A DNA stretch of 32,000 bases from Edaphobacter aggregans (GTDB lineage Bacteria; Acidobacteriota; Terriglobia; Terriglobales; Acidobacteriaceae). This document shows positions 23,731 to 32,000 of the stretch, in pieces. Where the stretch lies: assembly GCF_003945235.1 (NCBI RefSeq), contig NZ_RSDW01000001.1:3360001-3392000 (forward strand). The letters are read 5' to 3'. The translations under genes were made by a program, and so were the position numbers. Numbering within the stretch: position 1 is the first letter of the stretch; every line of letters begins with the position of its first letter. The notes below the pieces were generated by a model that saw nothing but the letters and a program-made list of their open reading frames with translations, ran no database searches and was not told the origin of the DNA.

Positions 23731-23946
23731 TTGTACCCCGTCGCAGCGTATGACGGTGAATCCGCCGCCGCACTCGATCGCGGCTACGACGTTACTCCTG
23801 ACGGTAAACATTTGCTGCTGATTCGGCCTAGCGAACAAAATACCAAATCAGAAGCACCTGATACTGGTCTAACACTACCCGGCGGAGATCCGTCAGCTTG
23901 CGGTCGATGGAAGATAGGTCTCGCGCCCGAACGGCTCGGCACCTAA
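23731..23946 (+). pseudogene. Possible remnant of the 3' end of a TolB/PD40-type beta-propeller protein gene
   Basis: 'YDVTPDGKHLLLIRP' resembles the last PD40 blade of such proteins. No upstream body of the gene exists. A shifted frame gives 'HYPAEIRQLAV', reminiscent of their usual C-terminal 'NW..EL..L' tail. The evidence is weak. Confidence 0.3.
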
Positions 23947-24004
23947 TGGAGCGGGTTTGTGGGCTATACTTCCGCGAAAGCTTTGATGGAGGTGTGTGCG
24001 GCGT

Positions 24005-24730
24005 ATGGGCGTGTCGGCTGCTGATCAGGGTTTGTATGGGATTGTGAGTGGGGCGGCTCCGGCGACGATTGCGGATGTGCTGGCTACGATGCAGCGGATC
24101 GATCAGACTCTGCCGGACAACGATGGGTTGAAGTGGTTCAACCGGCTTTACATGATGGTGACGCAGGAGGTGGATACGAAGCCTCCGGCGGGCGGGTGGA
24201 AGGATGCGGTTTGGCTGGATCGGCTGGATGTGGTGTTTGCCCAGTTCTACTTCAAGGCGATTGCGGCGTATGTGAGTGGGTCGGACGATGCTCCGAATGC
24301 CTGGGACGCTTTGATGGAGTCGCGGTACCAGCCGGGGATCGATCGGATACAGTTTGCGCTGGCGGGGATGAATGCGCATATCAACCATGACCTTGCGCTG
24401 GCGCTGCTGGAGACTGACTCGCAGATGAATGTGGTTCCGAGCTACGGCAGTCCTCAGCATGTGGACTATGAGGCGGTGAACGAGTTGCTGCATGCGGTGA
24501 TGCCGGCTGAGCTGAAGATGCTGGCTACGGATGTTCTGGGACAACTGGCGCAGGACACGGGGAAGATCGGGCGGCTGCTGGCGTTCTGGAATGTGTGCAA
24601 GGCGCGTGATTTGGCGTGGGGGTTCGCAGACCATCTGCGCGGTTTGCAGGGGCCGGCGCGACTGGTCGGGTTGAGTGCTCAGGATCAGGTGACAGGGGTT
24701 TTGGGGCGGGCGATTCTGGTTTGTGCTTGA
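24005..24730 (+). CDS. Conserved hypothetical protein (resembles DUF5995-type proteins, from memory)
   Basis: The protein is a coherent, non-low-complexity helical sequence: 'LKWFNRLYMMVTQEV', 'FALAGMNAHINHDLALAL'. The mirror ORF 23828-24634 on the minus strand is Arg/His/Pro-rich. The start is either ATG 24005 or GTG 23996, with GGAGG at 23988-23992. Confidence 0.65.
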   Translation: MGVSAADQGLYGIVSGAAPATIADVLATMQRIDQTLPDNDGLKWFNRLYMMVTQEVDTKPPAGGWKDAVWLDRLDVVFAQFYFKAIAAYVSGSDDAPNAWDALMESRYQPGIDRIQFALAGMNAHINHDLALALLETDSQMNVVPSYGSPQHVDYEAVNELLHAVMPAELKMLATDVLGQLAQDTGKIGRLLAFWNVCKARDLAWGFADHLRGLQGPARLVGLSAQDQVTGVLGRAILVCA

Positions 24731-24787
24731 AAAGGCTTAACACCGATTTGCACCGATGACACCGATTTAAAAAGGGAGAAGACAATA

Positions 24788-25000
24788 ATGAGTGCCAGAC
24801 AGGTTCTTGCGCTCGGTGCATCGGTGCTGGCGTTGTCTTTTTTAGGTGCGTGCCGACGTTCGCCTACCGAACCGATGCAAGGTCGTGTCGTACGGCTGGC
24901 AGAACTTGAGATCGATCCTGTCCAATTAGAAGCTTACAAAGCGGCACTTAGAGAAGAGATTGATACCTCGATCCGCATTGAGCCGGGCGTTCTGACGCTA
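24788..25000 (+). pseudogene. 5' fragment of a lipoprotein with an antibiotic-biosynthesis-monooxygenase (ABM) domain, 3'-truncated
   Basis: The lipobox is 'LSFLGAC'. The ABM-like start is 'VVRLAELEIDPVQLEAYKAALREEIDTSIRIEPGVLTL'. Resemblance stops after L71 (nt 25000), and the ORF continues as unrelated sequence to 25195. Confidence 0.6.
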
Positions 25001-25002
25001 TT

Positions 25003-25310
25003 CAGGGCCTGGCTGGTATTCACACCCGACCTAGCTACCGATTGCAGCGCACGCGGCGAACGAGCCGATTCGCAACTATTTTGGCAGCTTGATTCGCTAA
25101 GGCTGCGGCTTGATGCGCTACGCCTACCCCGGCCATGGTTGAGTCGCCCACGAAGAGAAGTTTTAGCTCTGGCAGACTACTCTCAACGACAATGAGCCCG
25201 GTTCGCGGGCCTTCTGCTTCGGGTAAACGAAGAGCGGTTCGCCGCATCTTTCGTCCCTGCGTCAAAAGGAGAGGGGCGAGTATGGCCTTATAAATTGGTA
25301 GCAATCTCAT
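25003..25310 (-). pseudogene. 5' fragment of an SGNH/GDSL hydrolase gene, frameshifted and 3'-truncated
   Basis: 'ILAPLLLTQGRKMRRTALRLPEAEGPRTG' and block I 'KLLFVGDSTMAGVGV'. The ORF stops at 25035 after 91 aa. A different frame continues 'VARSGVNTSQAL' (block II-like, compare TesA 'SGDTSQQGL') down to about 25003. SGNH blocks III and V are absent. Confidence 0.6.
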
Positions 25311-25865
25311 CGAGGGGATCGGTAGATGGCAGCGCTTCGCCGGATGGATGAAGTGTATCCTCAGCCGAGGATGCGAGTCTGGAAGGTGGTTGCGTTGACA
25401 GCAGGCGCAATATTCGAGATAGTCGATCTAACCTATGCAAGGCATTCTCATTTGTTTGGCCCTCAAAGAACCGGCTCTTTGTCGAGTTTTTTGTAGTGTG
25501 CCGACGGTGAGTGTGGCGATCTAAGTTGCTTAGATTGATTGGAATACCAGAGTTCCAGTTATCGTTGCCGTCGGCTTATTCCCTGCAAGTTCTGTGCTGA
25601 GCGTCTGATCTTCTTTCAGAAGTGGAAGAAAGTTTTATTAAGAAAAGCACAACGGTTGACGTTTTTAATCTTGCGTTCATTGGTGTTGGGATTTATGGTT
25701 TTGATCAAACACCTCATTTACACCAGACACGGTTCCTGAGCTCCACTCCATCCGTGTATACCGTTCTGCGGCCCCTTCCTTGGCATGAAGTGTACCTAAC
25801 AAGACTCTGACGTAAGCCTCAACCTCTTTTTTGTTCAACAGAAACGATTCAGGAGAGCTCTACCC

Positions 25866-28800
25866 ATGAAGTCATTTTCAAGGCACATCTATCTCTATCT
25901 ATTGGTGCTTGCGTTAGCGATAACGCAGTTCCTATCGGCACAGACCTTTCGCGGCGGTATCGCGGGAACGGTCCAGGACAGCACGAATGCGGTGGTGGCA
26001 AATGCAAAGATCGTATTGCTTGGCACCGACACGGGATACACACGTGAGACAGTCTCGACGAGCGCGGGGGCTTATAGTTTCCAGGATCTGCCTCTAGGCA
26101 ACTACAGCGTGACGATTACTGCACCCGGTTTTGCGTCGAAGAAGATCGACGGGATTGCAGTGCGTCCGGGACAGGTTTATGCGCTGGACATCTCTGTCTC
26201 CGTTGCAACGAGCAATGAGCAAGTAGAGGTGAATGCGGCGGCGATCGCGCTGGATACGGTGTCGTCGACGAACAACGCAGTGGTGAGCGACAAGGCGGTT
26301 GCGAACATTCCTTTGAACGGCCGCGATTTTACGCAGTTGATTAAGATCACGCCGGGCTTTAATGGCCAGGGCTCACTGAACGGTGCGAGAACGAACCAGA
26401 ATAACTGGCAGATTGACGGCGCCGACAACAACGACCTCTTCCATAACTCAGAGGGTGCGAACCAGGGCGGCGTTTCGGGTATTGCAGGCGTCACACTTCC
26501 GATCGACGCGATCGATCAGTTCTCGGTGCAGTCGCAGGCAAATGCTGAGGTCGGCCGCAATGCGGGTGGCTTGATCAACATGGTCATCAAGAGCGGAACG
26601 AACCATATCCACGGCTCCGCCTACTACTTCCTGCGCAACGAGTTTTTCGCCAGCAAGAGTCCGATATTGCCCACAGCCACGCGGAAGCCAGAGATTCGCA
26701 ATAATCAGTTTGGCGGATCGCTGGGCGGTCCTATCCTGCACGACAAGCTCTTCCTATTCGTAAACTACGAGCGGCAGAAGTACGTTATTGGCGCTCAGTC
26801 CGCGGCGACCGAGCCGACGGCAGCGTGGGTCACGCAGGCCACGGCGCTTTTGACGGAGCACAACATTCCGGTGAGCCCGACTTCTCTGAACGTGCTTAGT
26901 CTGTGGCCGCAGGGCAACAAACCCTCGGGTGGAGCGACGTTGAATAACTTCTTCGATACGCGCCCACAGGACGGATACAGCGACAACGTTGTCGGCAAGC
27001 TTGACTGGAATCTGACTTCGCGCCAGACGCTTTCGGTGCGGTCCTTTATCGGAACGGGGCGTCAGCTTGGTAATGCTGGAGTCAATATCTGGGAGTACTA
27101 CCAGGTCGCTCCCAACCACGTTCACAACTATGCGATCACGCACAACTGGGCTAAGACGGATCACCTGTCGAATCAGCTGCTAGCAGCCGTGAACTACTTT
27201 GGCCAGACGTTCAATGACAATGTTCACAACCAGGACATTCCTGCGCTGGGGTTGAATACCGGTGTGACGAATCCTTCGCTCTTTGGCGCTCCGACGATCA
27301 CGATTACGAGCTTCGATCAGGTTGGTGTGACGCCTCCACTTGGACGGCAGGACTACACCGGCATGCTCAACGATACGGCGACGCTGGTTAGCGGCAAACA
27401 TCAGTTCCGGCTTGGCGGTGAGTTCCGCCGTAACTACATGAACCTGCTGTACCAGCGCAATGTTCGTGGATCGTTCAACTATGACGGTACCGCGTATACG
27501 GCGCTTCACCCAACGAACAACTACGCTACTGAGGCAGATGGCACGACCCGTGCGCTGGCAGACTACCTTGCCGGCTATTCCACGTCCGGTACGATCGTCT
27601 ACGGTACGTTGCAGCGCGATCTCTGGCTGAACCAGTGGAGCATTTTTGGTCAGGATCAGTATCAGCTGTTATCAAATCTGACGCTCAACTACGGTCTGCG
27701 TTGGGACTATTCGGGCCCGGTCTATTCGACGAACGGAACACTGTCGAACTTTGATCCGAACTCTTCTACAGGCTTCGCGATTGTGGGTCAGAATATCGAC
27801 ACGATCTACCCGCGCAGCTATACCAACGTTGCTCCGCGGTTTGGGTTCGCGTACCAGGCGGCGAGCAAGTTGGCCGTGCGTGGAACGTATGGCATCTACT
27901 ACGATCTGCCGAACCTGAATGGTTTCTTTGATAACCGTCCAGGCAATGGAGCTTCGGTTGGTGTTCAGGCAAACAACACAGGGCCGAACCCGGTCTTCAC
28001 GGTCTCTAAGTCTTCGGCGTACCAGATCCTGCCTAACATCAATCCGTTTCCCACCACGGGTGCGGCGACTACCTTCGGCGTATCTACAGTCGATCCGGGC
28101 TTCAGGAATGCGTATGTTCATAACTTCAATTTGAATACGCAGTATCAGCTGGGTCGCAACTCGATCTTTCAGGTTAGCTATGTCGGAGCCCTCGGGCGGC
28201 GTCTGTTCAACCTGATCGATATCAACCAGGCAGCACCGAACAGCACAGGGTCCACACAGCAGAGCACGCGGCCCTATTTCTCGAAGTTTCCTTCGTTTGC
28301 TGCGATCAACCAGTATGAGTCGAAGGCTGGATCGAACTTCCATTCGCTTCAGGGCATGATTCGTACGAGCAGCTTCCATGGGCTGACCGCGCAGGCTGCG
28401 TATACCTATGGTCACAGTCTGGATAACGTCTCCGGTACGCGTGGATTTGCTCCGCAGAATTCGCTCAATCTGGGCGGGGAGTATGGAAACGCGGACTTTG
28501 ACACTCGGCACACCTTCAACGCGTATGCGGTGTATGAAGTGCCGAAGTTCACCGACCGCTGGAAGCCTCTTACCAGCGGCTGGCAGGGGAACGTGTTCAC
28601 GACGTTCTATACGGGCAAGCCGATCAACATCAAGACCAGCACCAACAACAGCGGTGTAGGTGAGTTCCAGGATCGTGCTGTGCGGATCGCAAATCCGTAC
28701 ACGACTTCGCACACTCTGGTTCGCAGCTCTGCAACTGCCGGAGCGTATGTGCAGTGGTTCGCACCTACTGCGTATGCTTTGCCTGCTAAGGGAACCTTCA

Positions 28801-29075
28801 GTGGCATGCATCGCAACGATGGCCGTGGCCCGGGCTTCGGAACGGTGGATGCTTCCCTGGTAAAGAACACACAACTGCATGAGAATGTGAACCTTCAACT
28901 TCGTGCGGAGATGTTCAACATCTTCAACCGTCTGAACCTTGCTAATCCGAGCGGTTCGTTTACGTCCACGTCGTTGGGTCGTTCGACCGACACGATTGGG
29001 GACAGTATCGGTGCTCCCGGTATTGGCTCGGGCGAACCGTTCAACGTACAGTTTGCAGCTAAGATTATTTTCTAA
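25866..29075 (+). CDS. TonB-dependent outer-membrane receptor with an N-terminal carboxypeptidase-regulatory-like domain
   Basis: 1069 aa. The signal peptide is 'MKSFSRHIYLYLLVLALAITQFLSAQ'. CarboxypepD_reg-like sequence is 'GIAGTVQDSTNAVVANAKIVLLGTDTGYTRETVSTSAGAYSFQDLPLGNYSVTI'. The plug region is 'IPLNGRDFTQL'. The barrel is Gly/Asn/Tyr-rich and ends 'FAAKIIF' with a terminal Phe. RBS AGGAGA lies upstream. Confidence 0.9.
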   Translation: MKSFSRHIYLYLLVLALAITQFLSAQTFRGGIAGTVQDSTNAVVANAKIVLLGTDTGYTRETVSTSAGAYSFQDLPLGNYSVTITAPGFASKKIDGIAVRPGQVYALDISVSVATSNEQVEVNAAAIALDTVSSTNNAVVSDKAVANIPLNGRDFTQLIKITPGFNGQGSLNGARTNQNNWQIDGADNNDLFHNSEGANQGGVSGIAGVTLPIDAIDQFSVQSQANAEVGRNAGGLINMVIKSGTNHIHGSAYYFLRNEFFASKSPILPTATRKPEIRNNQFGGSLGGPILHDKLFLFVNYERQKYVIGAQSAATEPTAAWVTQATALLTEHNIPVSPTSLNVLSLWPQGNKPSGGATLNNFFDTRPQDGYSDNVVGKLDWNLTSRQTLSVRSFIGTGRQLGNAGVNIWEYYQVAPNHVHNYAITHNWAKTDHLSNQLLAAVNYFGQTFNDNVHNQDIPALGLNTGVTNPSLFGAPTITITSFDQVGVTPPLGRQDYTGMLNDTATLVSGKHQFRLGGEFRRNYMNLLYQRNVRGSFNYDGTAYTALHPTNNYATEADGTTRALADYLAGYSTSGTIVYGTLQRDLWLNQWSIFGQDQYQLLSNLTLNYGLRWDYSGPVYSTNGTLSNFDPNSSTGFAIVGQNIDTIYPRSYTNVAPRFGFAYQAASKLAVRGTYGIYYDLPNLNGFFDNRPGNGASVGVQANNTGPNPVFTVSKSSAYQILPNINPFPTTGAATTFGVSTVDPGFRNAYVHNFNLNTQYQLGRNSIFQVSYVGALGRRLFNLIDINQAAPNSTGSTQQSTRPYFSKFPSFAAINQYESKAGSNFHSLQGMIRTSSFHGLTAQAAYTYGHSLDNVSGTRGFAPQNSLNLGGEYGNADFDTRHTFNAYAVYEVPKFTDRWKPLTSGWQGNVFTTFYTGKPINIKTSTNNSGVGEFQDRAVRIANPYTTSHTLVRSSATAGAYVQWFAPTAYALPAKGTFSGMHRNDGRGPGFGTVDASLVKNTQLHENVNLQLRAEMFNIFNRLNLANPSGSFTSTSLGRSTDTIGDSIGAPGIGSGEPFNVQFAAKIIF

Positions 29076-29097
29076 CCTGCATGCTTTGACTGATCGG

Positions 29098-29136
29098 CAC
29101 AGGCTGAGAGCGAAATGTTCTCAGCCTGTGTTGTTT
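29098..29136 (+). terminator. Intrinsic terminator after the TonB-dependent receptor gene
   Basis: Sequence: cacaggctgaga-gcgaaatgt-tctcagcctgtg, a 12-bp perfect stem followed by ttgttt. It starts 22 nt after the stop codon. Confidence 0.7.
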
Positions 29137-29176
29137 ACTACTGTGTTTCACGCTGATGTGACGGGAGATTTTTTGT

Positions 29177-30724
29177 ATGAAGCGTTTTGCTGCTTTTGTG
29201 ACGGGGGCTGCGATGATTGCGACGCAGCCGGTGTTTGCGCAGATGGGGGCTCCGGGGGAGCGGACACCGACGATGCCTGCTGTGGCGGGACCATTGGCGG
29301 CGAAGTATAAGGCCGATGCGGACAGGATTGTGCAGGCGGCCATGGCGGACGATGAGGGGTATGCGGATCTCGCGTATCTGACGGATCACATTGGGAAGCG
29401 GGTGAGCGGGAGCCCGCAGTTGAATACGGCTGTGGAGTGGGGCGCGGAGTTGATGAAGAAGGCTGGCTTGCAGAATGTGCAGATTCAGCCGGTGATGGTT
29501 CCGCATTGGGTGCGAGGGAATGAGTCGGCGACGATTACGTTCAAGGGTGAGGCGGGCGAGATTACGAAGCCGCTGCATATGCTGGGGTTGGGCATGAGCG
29601 TGGGAACGCCGAAGGAGGGGATTACTGCTCCGGTGGTTTTCGTGCATGACTTTGCGGAGCTGGATGCTCTGGCCGATTCAGCGGTGAAGGGCAAGATTGT
29701 GGTGTTCAATCCTGGCTGGCATGGGTATGGAGTGGGGTCGATGTATCGGACGGGCGGGCCTTCGCGGGCTGCGGCGAAGGGTGCGGCTGCGGTGCTGGTG
29801 AGGTCGGCGACGGGGCTGGCCATGCAGATTCCACATACGGGCACGCTGCGGTATGACGAGAAGCAGCCTAAGGTTCCGTCGGCTGCGATTTCAGTGGAAG
29901 ATGCGTTGCTGATTGAGCGGCTGGCGAAGGAAGGGCCGGTCACGGTGCATCTGCAGATGGATGCGCATATGGAGGCCGATGTGAAGGCGGGGAATGTCAT
30001 CGGCGAGATTGTGGGGAGCGAGCATCCGGAGCAGGTTGTGGTTTTGGGCGGGCACATCGACTCGTGGGATGTGGGGCAAGGTGCGCAGGATGATGGTTCG
30101 GGCATCATGGCTACGTTTGAGGCGGTGTCGCTACTGCATAAGCTGGGGTTGAAGCCGAAGCGGACGATCCGGATTGTGTTCTGGGTGAATGAGGAGAATG
30201 GTGGCGCGGGTGGACGGGCTTATCGCGAGTGGATCGGCGACAAGATCGGCAACCAGGTGGCCGCGATTGAGATGGATGGCGGTGCGGAGAAGCCGCTGGG
30301 AATCGGCTATGGCGGGTTTGGCGGGCCGCGGCGGCCTGCTCCTCCGGCCCCGGGCGCTGCGGTTGCTCCGGCTGCGGGCCGTGGTGCGGGGTTCGATGTG
30401 AGCTCGCTGTCTGCGGATGAGAAGCAGTCGTTTGTGTACCTGCAGGACATCGTTTCGTTGCTGGGATCGATTGGGACCGACTCGGTTTCTCCGGGCGGCG
30501 GCGGGTCGGATATTGGACCGATTACGGCTGATGGTGTGCCCGCGCTGAGCCCGCATACGGTAGGCGATCACTACTTCGACTGGCACCACACGGAGGCGGA
30601 TACGCTGGATAAAGTGGATCCTGATTCGTTCAAGAAGAATACAGCGATGCTGTCCGTTGTGGCCTATGTGCTGGCCGATATGGATGGCAAGTTGGCAGGG
30701 CGGAAGTCTACGTTCCGCGAGTAG
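29177..30724 (+). CDS. M28 family metallopeptidase (PA domain plus aminopeptidase domain), secreted
   Basis: The signal peptide is 'MKRFAAFVTGAAMIATQPVFAQ'. Zinc-ligand regions are 'VLGGHIDSWDVGQGAQDDGSG' and 'FWVNEENGGAGGRAY'. 'DWHHTEADTLDKV' is also present. GGGAGA lies before the ATG. Confidence 0.85.
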   Translation: MKRFAAFVTGAAMIATQPVFAQMGAPGERTPTMPAVAGPLAAKYKADADRIVQAAMADDEGYADLAYLTDHIGKRVSGSPQLNTAVEWGAELMKKAGLQNVQIQPVMVPHWVRGNESATITFKGEAGEITKPLHMLGLGMSVGTPKEGITAPVVFVHDFAELDALADSAVKGKIVVFNPGWHGYGVGSMYRTGGPSRAAAKGAAAVLVRSATGLAMQIPHTGTLRYDEKQPKVPSAAISVEDALLIERLAKEGPVTVHLQMDAHMEADVKAGNVIGEIVGSEHPEQVVVLGGHIDSWDVGQGAQDDGSGIMATFEAVSLLHKLGLKPKRTIRIVFWVNEENGGAGGRAYREWIGDKIGNQVAAIEMDGGAEKPLGIGYGGFGGPRRPAPPAPGAAVAPAAGRGAGFDVSSLSADEKQSFVYLQDIVSLLGSIGTDSVSPGGGGSDIGPITADGVPALSPHTVGDHYFDWHHTEADTLDKVDPDSFKKNTAMLSVVAYVLADMDGKLAGRKSTFRE

Positions 30725-30738
30725 CTTCGCCTAAGAGA

Positions 30739-30778
30739 ATGGCGGTTGCCTCGATGTTCGGGGCAGCCGCCTTTTTAT
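30739..30778. terminator. Intrinsic terminator between convergent genes
   Basis: Sequence: ggcggttgcc-tcgatgttcgg-ggcagccgcc, a 10-bp stem with one G-U pair, followed by tttttattt. It lies 14 nt after the M28 stop and 21 nt from the stop of the minus-strand gene. Confidence 0.65.
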
Positions 30779-30799
30779 TTGAGGGAGAGGCTCGTAGGC

Positions 30800-31309
30800 T
30801 CAACGGCTATTGAGGGCTTTGCTTTCAGTGCGTCTGCGCGTGATCTCCTGCTGAAACTGCTCTGATGCGCAGTGGTTCCATGTATGAGTGATGCTGACGC
30901 GATTGTCGCCGAGCACGCGGATCATGCGCCCGCCCTGCAGAGGCTCAATCGCCATTATTTCGTTGTACTGGATCGCCTTTGACGGCCGCAGCCAGAAGCG
31001 CTGCACGATTGCTGTTGGCGTCAGCACAATCGTGCCAGGTAGCTGGAACAGAATGAAGGCGATCAGAACGATCATCAGCACGAGCGCCAGCACGGGAATC
31101 GTGTGCCGTGTGACCCACATCGGATAAGCGAAGAGCGCGAAGTAGGCTGGCAGCACAATCAGGCGCCCCCACATCACCAGCGGCTTCATCCCGAAGGACA
31201 GCCCCTCGGGAGTTTCGCGTGCTGCGCCCTTTACCAAACGCCCTGCGTAAAGCAGGCCGAACAGAACGAACAACATCAACATCTGGAATGTCTTCAGATC
31301 GAGTTTCAT
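30800..31309 (-). CDS. Hypothetical membrane protein (three TM helices plus a small C-terminal soluble domain)
   Basis: Hydrophobic spans are 'FQMLMLFVLFGLLYAG', 'LIVLPAYFALFAYPMWV' and 'IPVLALVLMIVLIAFILF'. AAGGAAG lies before the ATG at 31309, which is only 9 nt after the TldD stop, suggesting co-transcription. Confidence 0.6.
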   Translation of the reverse strand: MKLDLKTFQMLMLFVLFGLLYAGRLVKGAARETPEGLSFGMKPLVMWGRLIVLPAYFALFAYPMWVTRHTIPVLALVLMIVLIAFILFQLPGTIVLTPTAIVQRFWLRPSKAIQYNEIMAIEPLQGGRMIRVLGDNRVSITHTWNHCASEQFQQEITRRRTESKALNSR

Positions 31310-31318
31310 CGGTCTTCC

Positions 31319-32000
31319 TTACTTTGCCAGCGGAGGTGGTGCGTAGTACGGTAGTTTTTGCTGCTCCTCGGTGGCGCGCTTCACGCCGAGGTCGTCGAAG
31401 AGAAGGCTTGGCACGATTGTAGTTTGAGGCACGACGCCCAGCGTGTTCGAAACGTAGGGATCGTTTCCGACAGCCACAATGTCCGACCGCAGGCTGCGCG
31501 TGTCGACCTCGTCGAAGGCCGCTCCGCGCACGAGTTCATGGGTGCCGTCGGCGTGTACGCGATAGAGCAAGCGCGGCGTTACTTCGTTGCCGCCCATTGT
31601 TTCGACTGCGTAGACATCGGTGCCGCGGTCTTTTGCCATCGCCAACAGCTTCTTGTTCAGTTCGGCTGCTGGAACTGCTTTGTCCGACTTGACGATCAGG
31701 ACTCCAACGCGTGAGTGTGCAGCCTGCGCGGGGGCGGCGCGACCGTGGCCGTTGGAGGCAGGGAAGTCCTTGATGGGTTCGCGGCCGATCAGGTAGTTCT
31801 CGAGTGTGCCGTTGACGACGATGTTAACCGGCTGTGCGGGCACGCCTTCGTCGTCCACTTCATAGGCTCCGAGGAGCGCCTTGCCATCGAACTTTGTTTG
31901 CAGGGGGTCGTCGGTTACGCTCAGCAACTCCGGCAGCACTCGCGATTTGTAGCTGGTGTTGAAGGCTCCTGCCGTGCGCGCTGTCGTGCCTAGTTCAGGC
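31319..32000 (-). CDS. tldD: TldD/PmbA family metalloprotease, C-terminal part (gene continues beyond the window)
   Basis: The reading frame stays open past the listed GTG at 31939 to nt 32000 ('..GTTARTAGAFNTSYKSRVLPELLSVTDDP'). Family-like stretches are 'YEVDDEGVPAQPVNIVVNGTLENYL', 'SNGHGRA' and 'LLYRVHADGTHELVRGAAF'. Stop TAA at 31319-31321. Confidence 0.75.
   Translation of the reverse strand, partial: PELGTTARTAGAFNTSYKSRVLPELLSVTDDPLQTKFDGKALLGAYEVDDEGVPAQPVNIVVNGTLENYLIGREPIKDFPASNGHGRAAPAQAAHSRVGVLIVKSDKAVPAAELNKKLLAMAKDRGTDVYAVETMGGNEVTPRLLYRVHADGTHELVRGAAFDEVDTRSLRSDIVAVGNDPYVSNTLGVVPQTTIVPSLLFDDLGVKRATEEQQKLPYYAPPPLAK

Noticed and set aside
25311-25865. Cobalamin or TPP riboswitch upstream of the TonB-dependent receptor.
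   Set aside because: I could not find the conserved B12-box or TPP core sequences by eye. Carboxypeptidase-regulatory-type receptors are not typically riboswitch-controlled.

Overview
GC-rich bacterial chromosomal segment. The gene content looks like an Acidobacteriota (Terriglobia-like) genome: a CarboxypepD_reg-type TonB-dependent receptor ending in Phe, a Tat-signal GH2 enzyme, TldD, and dense hairpin-forming intergenic repeats. That taxonomic call is from memory, not a search. I can support 20 intact or window-truncated CDSs, one frameshifted CDS, three gene fragments, three intergenic repeat families, one near-consensus promoter and three intrinsic terminators. I saw no rRNA, tRNA, CRISPR array, transposase, integrase, or recognisable defence, secretion or biosynthetic cluster. 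Gene order: two GH2 glycosidases, a PabB-PabC fusion, a YdiJ-like FAD/Fe-S dehydrogenase, an orphan STAS protein, an NTF2-like protein, an ABC-F ATPase, a small membrane protein, a LOG-family protein, a PHP-like phosphoesterase, a GT4 glycosyltransferase, a catalytically degenerate GH13-like secreted protein, a membrane-anchored hypothetical, a frameshifted SBP56/methanethiol-oxidase homolog, a CheY-like receiver plus a soluble PAS-PAS histidine kinase, a DUF5995-like protein, two abutting truncated gene fragments, a TonB-dependent receptor, an M28 peptidase, a membrane protein and TldD. I did not find a convincing multi-gene novel system. The most interesting signals lie outside the gene calls. 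(1) A two-hairpin REP-like repeat shows compensatory stem changes, and its near-identical direct copies bracket two single-gene cassettes that are compositional outliers. (2) An extreme G/C strand asymmetry, independent of gene orientation, flips sign at about 13.4 kb. (3) A 30% GC island at 10.86-11.37 kb carries a consensus promoter, a bidirectional terminator and nested direct repeats. (4) There is a T7-tract frameshift in the SBP56 homolog and a tail-to-tail deletion scar at about 25.0 kb. All start codons and family assignments are read by eye from motifs. Nothing was searched or computed beyond hand counts.
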